From Solirubrobacterales bacterium (GTDB lineage: Bacteria; Actinomycetota; Thermoleophilia; Solirubrobacterales; Solirubrobacteraceae), in contig PKYB01000076.1 in assembly GCA_003133565.1 (NCBI GenBank), forward strand, positions 10,093-74,092: 64,000 nt of DNA. The letters are read 5' to 3'. Within the stretch, counting starts at the first letter, position 1; each line of letters starts with the position of its first letter. Positions 27,511 through 36,489 of the stretch are shown here, piece by piece. The notes below the pieces were generated by a model. It made no database searches. It was not told the origin of the DNA and saw only the letters and a program-made list of their open reading frames with translations. The position numbers and the translations under genes are program-made.

Positions 27511-27833
27511 TTACGTTCACGCACCTCGAGCGCGTCTCATTCGCACACTCGGTCATCTACACGGCGCTGCTGATCGTCGCGTTTGGCCTCAACAACCCCC
27601 AGCCCGAGACCTTCATCCTCGGGCTCAGCCACGGCCTGCTCTGGATCGGCATGTCGCTCGTCTGCCTGCACGCCGCGCGGCGGCGGATCATCCCGCTCCG
27701 CGTAGCCGTAGCGGTCGCTGTGCTCGGCGGCATCGGCCCGTTCTTCGGCTCGGCGGAATTCATCCGCGAAGGTCGTCGTCGTGCTCGCGCGCGCGCGCAG
27801 GAAGCAGAAAGATCCGCCGAGTCACCGCGCTAG
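27507..27833 (+). CDS. Small integral membrane protein (DUF3817-like)
   Basis: The GTG start overlaps the Nudix stop (GTGA). VITFTHLERVSFAHSVIYTALLIVAFGL...LGGIGPFFGSAEF. Confidence 0.6.
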   Translation: MITFTHLERVSFAHSVIYTALLIVAFGLNNPQPETFILGLSHGLLWIGMSLVCLHAARRRIIPLRVAVAVAVLGGIGPFFGSAEFIREGRRRARARAQEAERSAESPR

Positions 27834-27843
27834 AGTGCATGTA

Positions 27844-30800
27844 ATGGCCGTCGAAACGACGATCCAGGTCGTCATGCCTCAGATGGGTGACTCGGTCACC
27901 GAAGGAACGGTCCTCGAGTGGCGCAAGGCCGAGGGCGACCGCGTAACCGCCGACGAAACGATCGTCGAAATCTCCACCGACAAGGTGGACGCGGAGGTCG
28001 CTGCTCCAGCCGCGGGCACGATCCTCAAGATCCATGCGGCCGAGGGAGACACCGTGACGGTCGGCGCCGTGCTGGCCGAGATCGCCCAGGCAAACGGCTC
28101 GTCACCGACCGAGGCGACAGACGCGCCGAGTGAGCCGGTTGACGCGCCCTCGCCGCCAACCGACGCGCCAAGTGAGCCGGCGGACGGCGCCGCCGCCCCG
28201 CCTGCCGTGACCACGATCGTCGACGTCGTCACGCCGAGCGCCGGAGAGTCGGTCACCGAAGGCACGATCCTCAGCTGGAACGTCAAGGTCGGCGACGCCG
28301 TCAAGGCGGGCGACACGGTTGTCGAGATCTCCACCGACAAGGTCGACGTCGAGCTCGCGGCTCCCGCGAGGGGAACGATCAGCGAGCTGCTCGTCGCCGA
28401 AGGCGACACGGTCACGGTCGGCCAGGTGATCGGGCGCATTGCCGCCGGCGCCGCGCCCGCGATGCCGCCGTCCACGCCGCCGGCATCGGCACCCGCGCAG
28501 GCGGACACCGCCCGAAAGCCAAGTGCTTCGAGCGCGCCGACGGCGGAGCCCAACGGCGCCAAGGCATCGCCGGTAGCGCGCCGGGCGGCCGGTGCGCTGG
28601 CGGTCGACCTCGGCGTCGTTTCAGGGAGCGGTCCAGGCGGTCGGATCCTCAAGGCGGACGTGCTCGATGCCGCCGCCGGCGGGGACGAAACGCCAGAGCC
28701 GAGCGCCACACCGATCAAGGGCGGCGCCGCGATGCTCGCGCGCTACATGGACGAGAGCCGCTCGATCCCGACCGCAACGTCGTTCCGCACGGTCACGGTT
28801 GGCACGCTCGACACGCGCCGAAGCCAACTCAAAGCGGCCGCCGTCAAGGTCTCCTTCACGCACCTGATCGCCTACGCGATCGCGCGTGCCGCAAGCGAAC
28901 TGCCGGTGATGGCAAACCACTTTGAGGAGATCGACGGCAAGCCCAATCGCCTCGACGACGGCGCCATCCACCTCGGCCTCGCCGTCGACGTGGAAAAGAA
29001 GGACGGCTCGCACACGCTGATGGTCCCGGTCCTTCGTGACGCCGGCCGCCTGCCGTTTGCCGAGTTCCTGAGCGCCTACGACGAGCTCGTCGCGAAGGCC
29101 CGCGCCAACACGCTGAGCGCCGACAACCTGGTCGGCGCGAACATCACGCTGACCAACCCGGGTGGCCTCGGCACCGTCGCCTCGGTGCCGCGCCTGATGG
29201 TCGGCCAGGGCACGATCGTCGCCACCGGCACGATCGCCTACCCGGTCGGTCTCGGCCAGATCGCGAGCGAGATCGGCGCCGAAAAGGTGCTGACGCTCAC
29301 CTCGACCTACGACCACCGCATCATCCAGGGCGCCGAGTCGGGTCGCTTCCTCGCCCGCATCGAGTCGCTGCTGGCCGGCGAGGACGACTTTTATGGGGAC
29401 GTCTTTGCGGCGCTCGGCGTGGCTCTTCCCGAACTTCCGCCGCGAGAACTGCCGGCACCGAGCGCGTCTGGTGCGCCAGCTCCGACGCCAGCGCCCAGCG
29501 AGGAGCTGCTGGGCGCCGTCCAGGCCGCCGATTCGCTCGTACGCGCCCACCGCACCCACGGGCATCTCGCGGCGCACCTCGACCCGCTGGGCTCCGAACC
29601 GGAGGGCGACCCTGCGCTCGACCCGGCGCCGCTCGGACTGACACGGGCGCTGATGGAACAGATTCCCGCGCGCATCTTGCGGGTCCACGTTCCCGGCGCG
29701 ACGATCGCCGACGCGCTGCCCTACCTGCGCGAGACCTACTGCGGCACGATTGCCTACCAGATCGAGCACATCGCCTCGCACCGCCAGCGCGTCTGGCTGC
29801 GCGAGAAGATCGAGAGCGGCGCGTTCCGTGCGCCGCTGCCCGCCGAGGAGCAGCGCGCGCTGCTGCGACGGCTGATCGAGGTCGACGCGCTCGAACGCTT
29901 CATGCACAAGGCCTACCTCGGCCAGCACCAGTTCTCGATCGAGGGCGTCGACATGACCGTTCCGATGCTCGACGAGATGATCGGCCTCGCCGGTGGCGAT
30001 GGCGCCGAGGAGGTCGTCATCGGCATGGCTCACCGTGGCCGCCTCAACGTCCTCGCGCACAACCTCGAGCGACCCTACGAGACGATCTTCGCCGAGTTCG
30101 AGGGCGCTTCGACGCTGGAAGCCGTGACGACGATCCCGCAGGGCGGCACCGGCGACGTCAAGTACCACCACGGCGCGCAGGGCTCGCACAGGCTCCCCTC
30201 CGGCGAGGTGATCCGCGTCAACTTGGAGTCCAACCCCTCGCATCTCGAGTTCGTCTCGCCGGTCGTGATGGGCGCGACGCGCGCCGCGCAGACACGCCAC
30301 GACGGTCCCCATATCAGCCAGCATGTGACCCGCGCGGTGCCGATCGTGATTCACGGCGACGCCGCGTTCCCGAGCCAGGGCGTCGTCGCCGAGACACTCA
30401 ACCTCCAGGCGCTCGACGGCTATCAGGTCGGCGGCACGCTGCACCTGATGACCAACAACCAGGTCGGCTTCACGACCGAGCCCGACGATGCCCGCTCGAC
30501 GCGCTGGGCCTCCGATCTCGCCAAGGGCTTCGACGTGCCGATCATCCACGTCAACGCCGACGACGTCGAGGCGTGCGTCGCGGCGGTCCGCCTGGCCTTC
30601 GCCTTCCGCAAGGAGTTCGGCCACGACGTGCTGATCGACCTGATCGGCTACCGCCGCTTCGGCCACAACGAATCCGACGAGCCGGCCTATACGCAACCGG
30701 AGATGTACGCGAAGATCAAGACCCACAAGCGCGTCAGCGAGCTATGGGCCGACGAGCTCGTCGGCCGCGCCGTCGTAACTCGAGCCGAGGTCGATCAGCA

Positions 30801-32145
30801 GCTCCAGGAGGTGTGGGACGATTTGACCGCGCGCCATCAGGCGCTCAAGGCAAAGATCGCCCTGGCGCGCGACGAGGGCGTCCACGAGCACCCGAGCAGC
30901 GAGTATCGACTCGACCGTACGGCCTCGCCCGACGTCGAGACGACGGTTGCACGCGACGTGCTTGCGCAGCTCAACGAGGACCTACTGCGCATCGACCCGG
31001 GCTTCACCGTCCACCCCAAGCTGGTGCGCCAGCTCGAGCGCCGTCGCGAAGCTTTTGCCGAGGGGAAGGGAATCGACTGGGCGCACGCCGAGGCGCTGGC
31101 ATTCGCCTCGCTGCTGAGCGAAGGCAATCCGATCCGGCTCACCGGTCAGGACACCGAGCGTGGCACGTTCAGTCAGCGCCACCTCGTGCTGCACGACGCC
31201 AAGAACGGTCAAACAATCTGCCCGATTCAGCATCTGCCGACTGCCACGGCGCCGTTCGAGCTGCACAACAGCCCGCTGTCCGAGGTTGGCTGTCTCGGTT
31301 TTGAGTACGGCTACAGTCAAGAGTCGCCGGAGACGCTCGTGGTCTGGGAAGCACAGTTCGGCGACTTCATCAACGCGGCGCAGGTGATCGTCGACCAGTT
31401 CATCGTCTCGGGCCTCGCGAAGTGGGGACAGACCTCACGGCTTTCGCTGCTGCTGCCCCACGGCTACGAGGGATCGGGGCCGGAGCATTCCTCAGCGCGA
31501 CTCGAGCGTTTCCTCCAGCTGGCGGCCGAAGGCAACCTCCGGGTCGCCAACCCGACGACCCCGGCACAGTACTTCCACCTGCTGCGACGTCAGGCGCTGA
31601 TCGTCAAGCAGCGGCCGCTGATCGTGATGACGCCAAAATCGCTGCTGCGCCTGCCCCAGGCGACGAGCACCGTCACTGATCTCAGCGAAGGCCAGTTCCA
31701 CAGCGTGCTTGCCGACACCGCCATCGATGACGCCGACGTCACGCGTCTGATCCTTTGCACCGGCAAGATCTACTACGACCTCGTCGGGCACCCCGAGCGC
31801 GCGGCCGCCACGCACGTCGCGGTTGGTCGCGTCGAGCTGCTCTACCCTTTCCCCGAGCGCCAGCTGCTCGAGCTGGTGGCGCACTACCCCAACCTGGCCG
31901 AGGTCGTCTGGACGCAGGAGGAGCCGCGCAACATGGGCGCTCGCGCCCACATGTCCCAGCGCCTGCGCCAGATCCTCTCGCCGGCAAACCTCCAGTTCGG
32001 CTACATCGGCCGTCCCGAACGCGCAAGCCCGGGCGAGGGCTACCCCGCCGCCCACGCGCAGGAGCAGGCCCGCATCGTCACGACCGCTCTGGATACCGCG
32101 ATCGCGGTATCCCAATACCCGGCCAAGACGCCCGGCGAGCGCTGA
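27844..32145 (+). CDS. odhA: 2-oxoglutarate dehydrogenase, complete E2o (2 lipoyl domains + PSBD + acyltransferase core) fused to E1o (OdhA/Kgd-type)
   Basis: Lipoyl 1 is MPQMGDSVTEGTVLEWRKAEGD...EISTDKVDAEV and lipoyl 2 is PSAGESVTEGTILSWNVKVGD...EISTDKVDVEL. PSBD is SPVARRAAGALAVDLGVVSGSGPGGRILKADV, and the core contains TYDHRIIQGAESGRFL. It continues uninterrupted into E1o (YCGTIAYQIEHI...GMAHRGRLNVL...). Start at ATG 27844. Confidence 0.9.
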   Translation: MAVETTIQVVMPQMGDSVTEGTVLEWRKAEGDRVTADETIVEISTDKVDAEVAAPAAGTILKIHAAEGDTVTVGAVLAEIAQANGSSPTEATDAPSEPVDAPSPPTDAPSEPADGAAAPPAVTTIVDVVTPSAGESVTEGTILSWNVKVGDAVKAGDTVVEISTDKVDVELAAPARGTISELLVAEGDTVTVGQVIGRIAAGAAPAMPPSTPPASAPAQADTARKPSASSAPTAEPNGAKASPVARRAAGALAVDLGVVSGSGPGGRILKADVLDAAAGGDETPEPSATPIKGGAAMLARYMDESRSIPTATSFRTVTVGTLDTRRSQLKAAAVKVSFTHLIAYAIARAASELPVMANHFEEIDGKPNRLDDGAIHLGLAVDVEKKDGSHTLMVPVLRDAGRLPFAEFLSAYDELVAKARANTLSADNLVGANITLTNPGGLGTVASVPRLMVGQGTIVATGTIAYPVGLGQIASEIGAEKVLTLTSTYDHRIIQGAESGRFLARIESLLAGEDDFYGDVFAALGVALPELPPRELPAPSASGAPAPTPAPSEELLGAVQAADSLVRAHRTHGHLAAHLDPLGSEPEGDPALDPAPLGLTRALMEQIPARILRVHVPGATIADALPYLRETYCGTIAYQIEHIASHRQRVWLREKIESGAFRAPLPAEEQRALLRRLIEVDALERFMHKAYLGQHQFSIEGVDMTVPMLDEMIGLAGGDGAEEVVIGMAHRGRLNVLAHNLERPYETIFAEFEGASTLEAVTTIPQGGTGDVKYHHGAQGSHRLPSGEVIRVNLESNPSHLEFVSPVVMGATRAAQTRHDGPHISQHVTRAVPIVIHGDAAFPSQGVVAETLNLQALDGYQVGGTLHLMTNNQVGFTTEPDDARSTRWASDLAKGFDVPIIHVNADDVEACVAAVRLAFAFRKEFGHDVLIDLIGYRRFGHNESDEPAYTQPEMYAKIKTHKRVSELWADELVGRAVVTRAEVDQQLQEVWDDLTARHQALKAKIALARDEGVHEHPSSEYRLDRTASPDVETTVARDVLAQLNEDLLRIDPGFTVHPKLVRQLERRREAFAEGKGIDWAHAEALAFASLLSEGNPIRLTGQDTERGTFSQRHLVLHDAKNGQTICPIQHLPTATAPFELHNSPLSEVGCLGFEYGYSQESPETLVVWEAQFGDFINAAQVIVDQFIVSGLAKWGQTSRLSLLLPHGYEGSGPEHSSARLERFLQLAAEGNLRVANPTTPAQYFHLLRRQALIVKQRPLIVMTPKSLLRLPQATSTVTDLSEGQFHSVLADTAIDDADVTRLILCTGKIYYDLVGHPERAAATHVAVGRVELLYPFPERQLLELVAHYPNLAEVVWTQEEPRNMGARAHMSQRLRQILSPANLQFGYIGRPERASPGEGYPAAHAQEQARIVTTALDTAIAVSQYPAKTPGER

Positions 32146-32165
32146 GCGAGCCGACCGCTTCGAGC

Positions 32166-32918
32166 GTGCCGCCGTCGGTTGACTACGAGCAGTCCGGCTC
32201 GGCCTACACGCGCCATCGCCGGGCCGATCCACGGATCGCGGCGCGGATTCAGGCGGCGCTCGGGGACGCGCGCTCGGTGGTCAACGTCGGCGCGGGCAGC
32301 GGCAACTACGAACCAAACGACCGCCGCGTGCTCGCCGTCGAGCCGAGCTCGACGATGCGGGCCCAGCGCCCGGCGGGTGCGGCACCGGTCATCGCCGGCC
32401 ACGCCGAAGCGCTGCCGCTCGACGACAACGCCGTCGATGGCGCGATGGCGGCGATGACGATCCATCACTGGCGCTCGCCGGAGGTTGGGCTCGCCGAGTT
32501 GCGCCGGGTTGCACGAGGGCCAGTCGTGGTGTTCACGTTGGAGCTCGAGGCATGGCCCGCGTGGCAGAAGGAGTATCTACGCGAAGGCGCCGAACTCGAC
32601 CAGCGACGCTTCCCGACGATCGACCACATTGCCGCCGCGCTCGGCGGGCGCACGCGCGTCGAGGAGATCCCGACCCCGGCCGATTGCAGCGACGGCTTCA
32701 TCGAGGCGTTCTGGAACCGGCCCGAGGCCCTGCTCGACCCCGACGTGCGGGCCTCGCAGTCCTTGTGGGCAATGCTCCGCCCCGGCGTCGAGCAGGCGAT
32801 CGTCGAGCGCCTGCGCGACGCGCTGGCCTCCGGCGCCTGGGACGAAGCCCATGGCGAGCTTCGCCAAGCGGCCGAGTTCAACGGCTCGCTGCGCCTGGTC
32901 ATCTCCGAACCGGCCTGA
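32166..32918 (+). CDS. Class I SAM-dependent methyltransferase
   Basis: VVNVGAGSGNYEP (motif I), ...AMTIHHW. GTG 32166 is the first start after the odhA stop. Confidence 0.8.
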   Translation: MPPSVDYEQSGSAYTRHRRADPRIAARIQAALGDARSVVNVGAGSGNYEPNDRRVLAVEPSSTMRAQRPAGAAPVIAGHAEALPLDDNAVDGAMAAMTIHHWRSPEVGLAELRRVARGPVVVFTLELEAWPAWQKEYLREGAELDQRRFPTIDHIAAALGGRTRVEEIPTPADCSDGFIEAFWNRPEALLDPDVRASQSLWAMLRPGVEQAIVERLRDALASGAWDEAHGELRQAAEFNGSLRLVISEPA

Positions 32919-32930
32919 GCGAACCGCGCG

Positions 32931-34841
32931 CTACGTCGGCCCGTATCGGCGCTCCATCGTGCGCACACCGGCGCCGGCGAAGGGTGGCCCATAGCCCCGC
33001 GAAACGACGATCCGCTTGGCAGCTTCAACAATTGCCTGCGCATCGATGCCGGAGGCTGCGAGCAGCTCTTCTGGCGTGCCGGATCCCGGCAGATCACGCA
33101 CGGCCAGCTTGACCACACGCGGGCGCAGATCGCTGTCGGCGAAAGCGTCCAGCACAGCCGAACCGAGGCCGCCCTCGGGCCGGTGATCCTCGACGGTGAC
33201 GAACCTGCCATCCGTCTCCTGCGCCGCAGTCTTCAGCGCCTCGAAGTCGAGCGGCTTGACCGAGTAGAGATCGATCACCCGCGCAGAGATGCCCTCGCGT
33301 GCCAGCCGACCAGCGGCACGCAGAGCTTCGTGCAGCGTGTAGCCCGCGGCGACGAGCGTGACCTGGTCCGCGTCGGACTGGCGCAGGACCTTGGCACCGC
33401 CGATCGGAAACTCCTCGTCGGGTTCGTAAAGCGTCGGCAATGCGGCGCGCGTGGCACGCAGGTAGGAGATGCCGGGGAGGTCGATCATCTGCTCGAGCAG
33501 CGCCGCCGCTTGGTTGGGGTCACTCGGGTAAAGCACGGTCGAACCCGTGATTGCGCGGAGCGCCGCGATGTCCTCGATCGCCATCTGCGACGGCCCGTCC
33601 TCACCGATCGAGACGCCGGCATGCGTGCCGCACATGCAAAGGTTGGCCTCCGAGATCGCGGCCATGCGGATGAAGTCGTAGGCGCGCGTGAAGAACGCTG
33701 CAAACGTCGCGAGGATCGGTCGCCAGCCGCGCACCTGGAACCCGACAGCCGACGCGACCAACTGCTGCTCGGCGATGAACATCTGGAAGTGACGCTCCGG
33801 AGCCGCCGCGCGAGCAAGCTCGAGATAGGTGGAGTTCCCCACCTCGCCATCGAGCACGACGACGTCGCCGTGCCGGCGAACGAGAGCCGCCGCAGTCTCG
33901 CCAAACGCCCGCCGCGTCGCCACCGCATCGCCGTCGAGCGGGTAGCGGGGCCGGCTCACCGAGCCATCGGCGGTGAAGCGGTGTGGGATCGCGTGCCCCC
34001 TCGGCTTGGGGGGAACGACTTTGATTGGTCCGACATCGCCGATCTCGGCGATCGCGCGCTCGGGATCCTCGAGCGGCCGCCCGTGCTTACCTTCGACATC
34101 CTCGGTTTCGCTGGCTCCTCGTCCCTTGCGTGTACGCGCCACGATGATCGTCGGCCGGCCGTCCGCCTCTTCGGCGGCGACGTAGGCGTTCTCGATCGAG
34201 CTCAGGTCGTGGCCGTCGATCGCGAGGGCCTGCCAGCCAAATGCTCGCGCGCGGCGCGTGAAGGCCGCCAGATCCCAGCCGTGCATCGTCGGTCCGCGCT
34301 GGCCGAGCCGGTTCGTATCGAGGATGCAAACGAGGTTGTCGAGCCGCGCGTGACCCGCCTGCTCCATCGCTTCCCAGATCGATCCCTCGGTCATCTCCGA
34401 ATCGCCGCAGAGGACCCAGACGCGATAGGGAAGCTGGTCAAGTCGCTTGCCGGCGAGCGCGATACCCACGCCGATCGGCAATCCCTGTCCAAGTGAGCCG
34501 GTGGCCACATCGACCCACGGCAGCGCCGGCGTCGGGTGACCCTGCAAGCGCGAGCCGTGCTTGCGCAAGCTCAGCAACTCCGCGTCGGTGATCGCGCCGG
34601 CCGCGCGGAACATCGCGTAGAGCAACGGCGCCGCATGCCCCTTGGAGAAGATGAGGTGATCGTTGTTCGGATCGTCGGGGGAGTCGAAGTCGTAGTGCAG
34701 GTGGCCGCACTGCAGCACGGCCATCAGGTCGGCGGCCGACATCGCCGAGGTCGAATGTCCCGAGCCGGCGGCGGACGTCGCCCTGATCGAGTCGATCCGC
34801 AGCCGCTTTGCAAGGTCGCGGGCGGTCGCCCTATCGACCAT
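32931..34841 (-). CDS. Transketolase-family TPP enzyme (fused N- and C-terminal halves)
   Basis: SGHSTSAMSAADLMAVL, LIFSKGHAAPLLYA, GSLGQGLPIGVG; 636 aa. Confidence 0.85.
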   Translation of the reverse strand: MVDRATARDLAKRLRIDSIRATSAAGSGHSTSAMSAADLMAVLQCGHLHYDFDSPDDPNNDHLIFSKGHAAPLLYAMFRAAGAITDAELLSLRKHGSRLQGHPTPALPWVDVATGSLGQGLPIGVGIALAGKRLDQLPYRVWVLCGDSEMTEGSIWEAMEQAGHARLDNLVCILDTNRLGQRGPTMHGWDLAAFTRRARAFGWQALAIDGHDLSSIENAYVAAEEADGRPTIIVARTRKGRGASETEDVEGKHGRPLEDPERAIAEIGDVGPIKVVPPKPRGHAIPHRFTADGSVSRPRYPLDGDAVATRRAFGETAAALVRRHGDVVVLDGEVGNSTYLELARAAAPERHFQMFIAEQQLVASAVGFQVRGWRPILATFAAFFTRAYDFIRMAAISEANLCMCGTHAGVSIGEDGPSQMAIEDIAALRAITGSTVLYPSDPNQAAALLEQMIDLPGISYLRATRAALPTLYEPDEEFPIGGAKVLRQSDADQVTLVAAGYTLHEALRAAGRLAREGISARVIDLYSVKPLDFEALKTAAQETDGRFVTVEDHRPEGGLGSAVLDAFADSDLRPRVVKLAVRDLPGSGTPEELLAASGIDAQAIVEAAKRIVVSRGYGPPFAGAGVRTMERRYGPT

Positions 34842-34942
34842 CGCTACTGCTCCTCCGCGGATATCCCAAGCACGCTCCCATCACGCTCAGCTGCTACCCA
34901 GCAGCCGCCGCGTCCAATCTGCCGATCTTAGCGCGCCGCGGT

Positions 34943-35629
34943 CTAACTGACCGGCAGTGCAAACAACGTCAGATCGGGCGCGCGGTCACCGCGGAGCAGC
35001 TCGAGATCGACCTCGACGCAGGCGATGCCACGCGAGCCCGCAAGGACGCGCGCTTGTGGCTTGATCTGCTGGGCGGCGAGTACGCCGCGACATTCGCCGA
35101 GCGCCGGGTCGAGCCGAATTCGCTCGAGGTAGCGGCTGAGCTGCTCGACCGCTTCAATCGTGCCGACGCGTTTGATCTCGACGGCGACCCAGCCGTCTGC
35201 GCCCTCGCGACACATCAGATCGACCGGCCCGATGTCGGTTGGCCACTCGCGGCGCGCGAGGCGGAAGCCTTCGCCGCAGTAGCCGGGCTGCGCGGCGAGC
35301 AGCTCCTGAAGGTCGCGCTCGACGCCGTCCTTCTCGAGCGCCACGGCGACGTCGGCCTCGTGCGTCACGTCCGCGAGCACCTCCTCGATCGCGATCTCGA
35401 GCCGCTCGCTGCCGGCGCGCTTGCGCACCTCGATCCGCTCCGGCGGGTCTCCTTCGACAACGATCGTCGTCGGCGCCGTCATCCAGTTCTGCGGCTTGTA
35501 GCCGCCGCTGTCGGCGTGGACCATCACCGAGCCGTCGGCCTTCAGCACGAGCAGCCGCACGGCGCTCGGTAGCACCGTGCCGAGGCGGCCGGTGTAGGAG
35601 ACGGCGCAGCGGGCAACGATCAGACGCAA
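34943..35629 (-). CDS. nucS: Endonuclease NucS (EndoMS)
   Basis: (M)RLIVARCAVSYTGRLGTVLP...YKPQNWM...DLMCREGADGWVAVEIKR. TTG 35629 gives the canonical N-terminus, and GTG 35638 is an alternative. The track ORF extends to 35986. Confidence 0.85.
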   Translation of the reverse strand: MRLIVARCAVSYTGRLGTVLPSAVRLLVLKADGSVMVHADSGGYKPQNWMTAPTTIVVEGDPPERIEVRKRAGSERLEIAIEEVLADVTHEADVAVALEKDGVERDLQELLAAQPGYCGEGFRLARREWPTDIGPVDLMCREGADGWVAVEIKRVGTIEAVEQLSRYLERIRLDPALGECRGVLAAQQIKPQARVLAGSRGIACVEVDLELLRGDRAPDLTLFALPVS

Positions 35630-35799
35630 GGTTGGCACGCTAGGCGCGGGCGCGGACGGATCGCGGGGACGCAGAGGGGCTTTTGCGAGCTTTGTCCGCA
35701 GCGTGCGGGGTTGGGCAGCCTGAGCGACGCTAGCGCTTGCCGCAACGTGCGGAGCGCAGTCGGGAAGCTGACCGACGCGAGACATAGCTTGCCTGTCGC

Positions 35800-36438
35800 A
35801 TGGCCACTTACGCTCCCTCGCTTGGTTCGCGACGCGGGTGGCTAGCGGAGCGTCGGCGATGGCCTGACGAGACCATCTTCTGTGCCCTCGTTGCGCGCGA
35901 GTGGCGCTGGCGCGGGTGCTCGGTTGCCACGGTCGCGCTGGGGCGCTCCTACGATCCGCAATTCTGGCGCCAGCACGAGTCCGCACCGGGTGTATGGATC
36001 ACCGACACACACGCCGACCGCGTGCTCCACGCGCTGGAGGAGCGAATTCGCCGCGCGGAGCAGACAGTGGAAGCCCTCGCCGCGGCGGAGAACGCGGAAA
36101 CGCCGCACGGCGCCGGGGACTCAGCGGCGCCGCGCGGAACGCCGGCAGCCCGCCGCACGCTCGACTTCGCACGAGATGCCTACGCGTCTGCGCTCGCACG
36201 GCGCAGCAGCGTCGATCACCCAGAGTGTCTGCGCGCCGAGGCGAGGCTTTTGGAGGCAGCGATCGCGGTTTGGGCGGGCGAGTCGAGCGCGCGCTCGGCG
36301 GCGAGCATTCGCCACGATCTGCGTGTCGCGGCGCTGCGGCGCCGCTGGGAGGCGGCCGAGCGCTCCGAACGCGCGACGGCGGCGCAGCGCGCGATGGCGT
36401 TTCGCCGTCTGGTCGAGGCTGTCAGCGCAGCCAGCTGA
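35800..36438 (+). CDS. Hypothetical protein (212 aa, Ala/Arg-rich, helical-looking)
   Basis: An ATG ORF that fills the nucS/J-protein gap. No motif was recognised, and the high-GC composition makes the call uncertain. Confidence 0.4.
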   Translation: MATYAPSLGSRRGWLAERRRWPDETIFCALVAREWRWRGCSVATVALGRSYDPQFWRQHESAPGVWITDTHADRVLHALEERIRRAEQTVEALAAAENAETPHGAGDSAAPRGTPAARRTLDFARDAYASALARRSSVDHPECLRAEARLLEAAIAVWAGESSARSAASIRHDLRVAALRRRWEAAERSERATAAQRAMAFRRLVEAVSAAS

Positions 36439-36489
36439 GCGCAACCAGCCGGGCGCCGCCACCAGGTCAGGGCTCGGCGGGGGCTCCGC

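Noticed and set aside
27879-28718. A 279-aa minus-strand Ala/Ser/Thr-rich ORF opposite the lipoyl-domain region of odhA.
   Set aside because: It is a mirror of the Ala/Pro-rich linkers and lipoyl domains of a clearly real plus-strand gene, and it has no start context.
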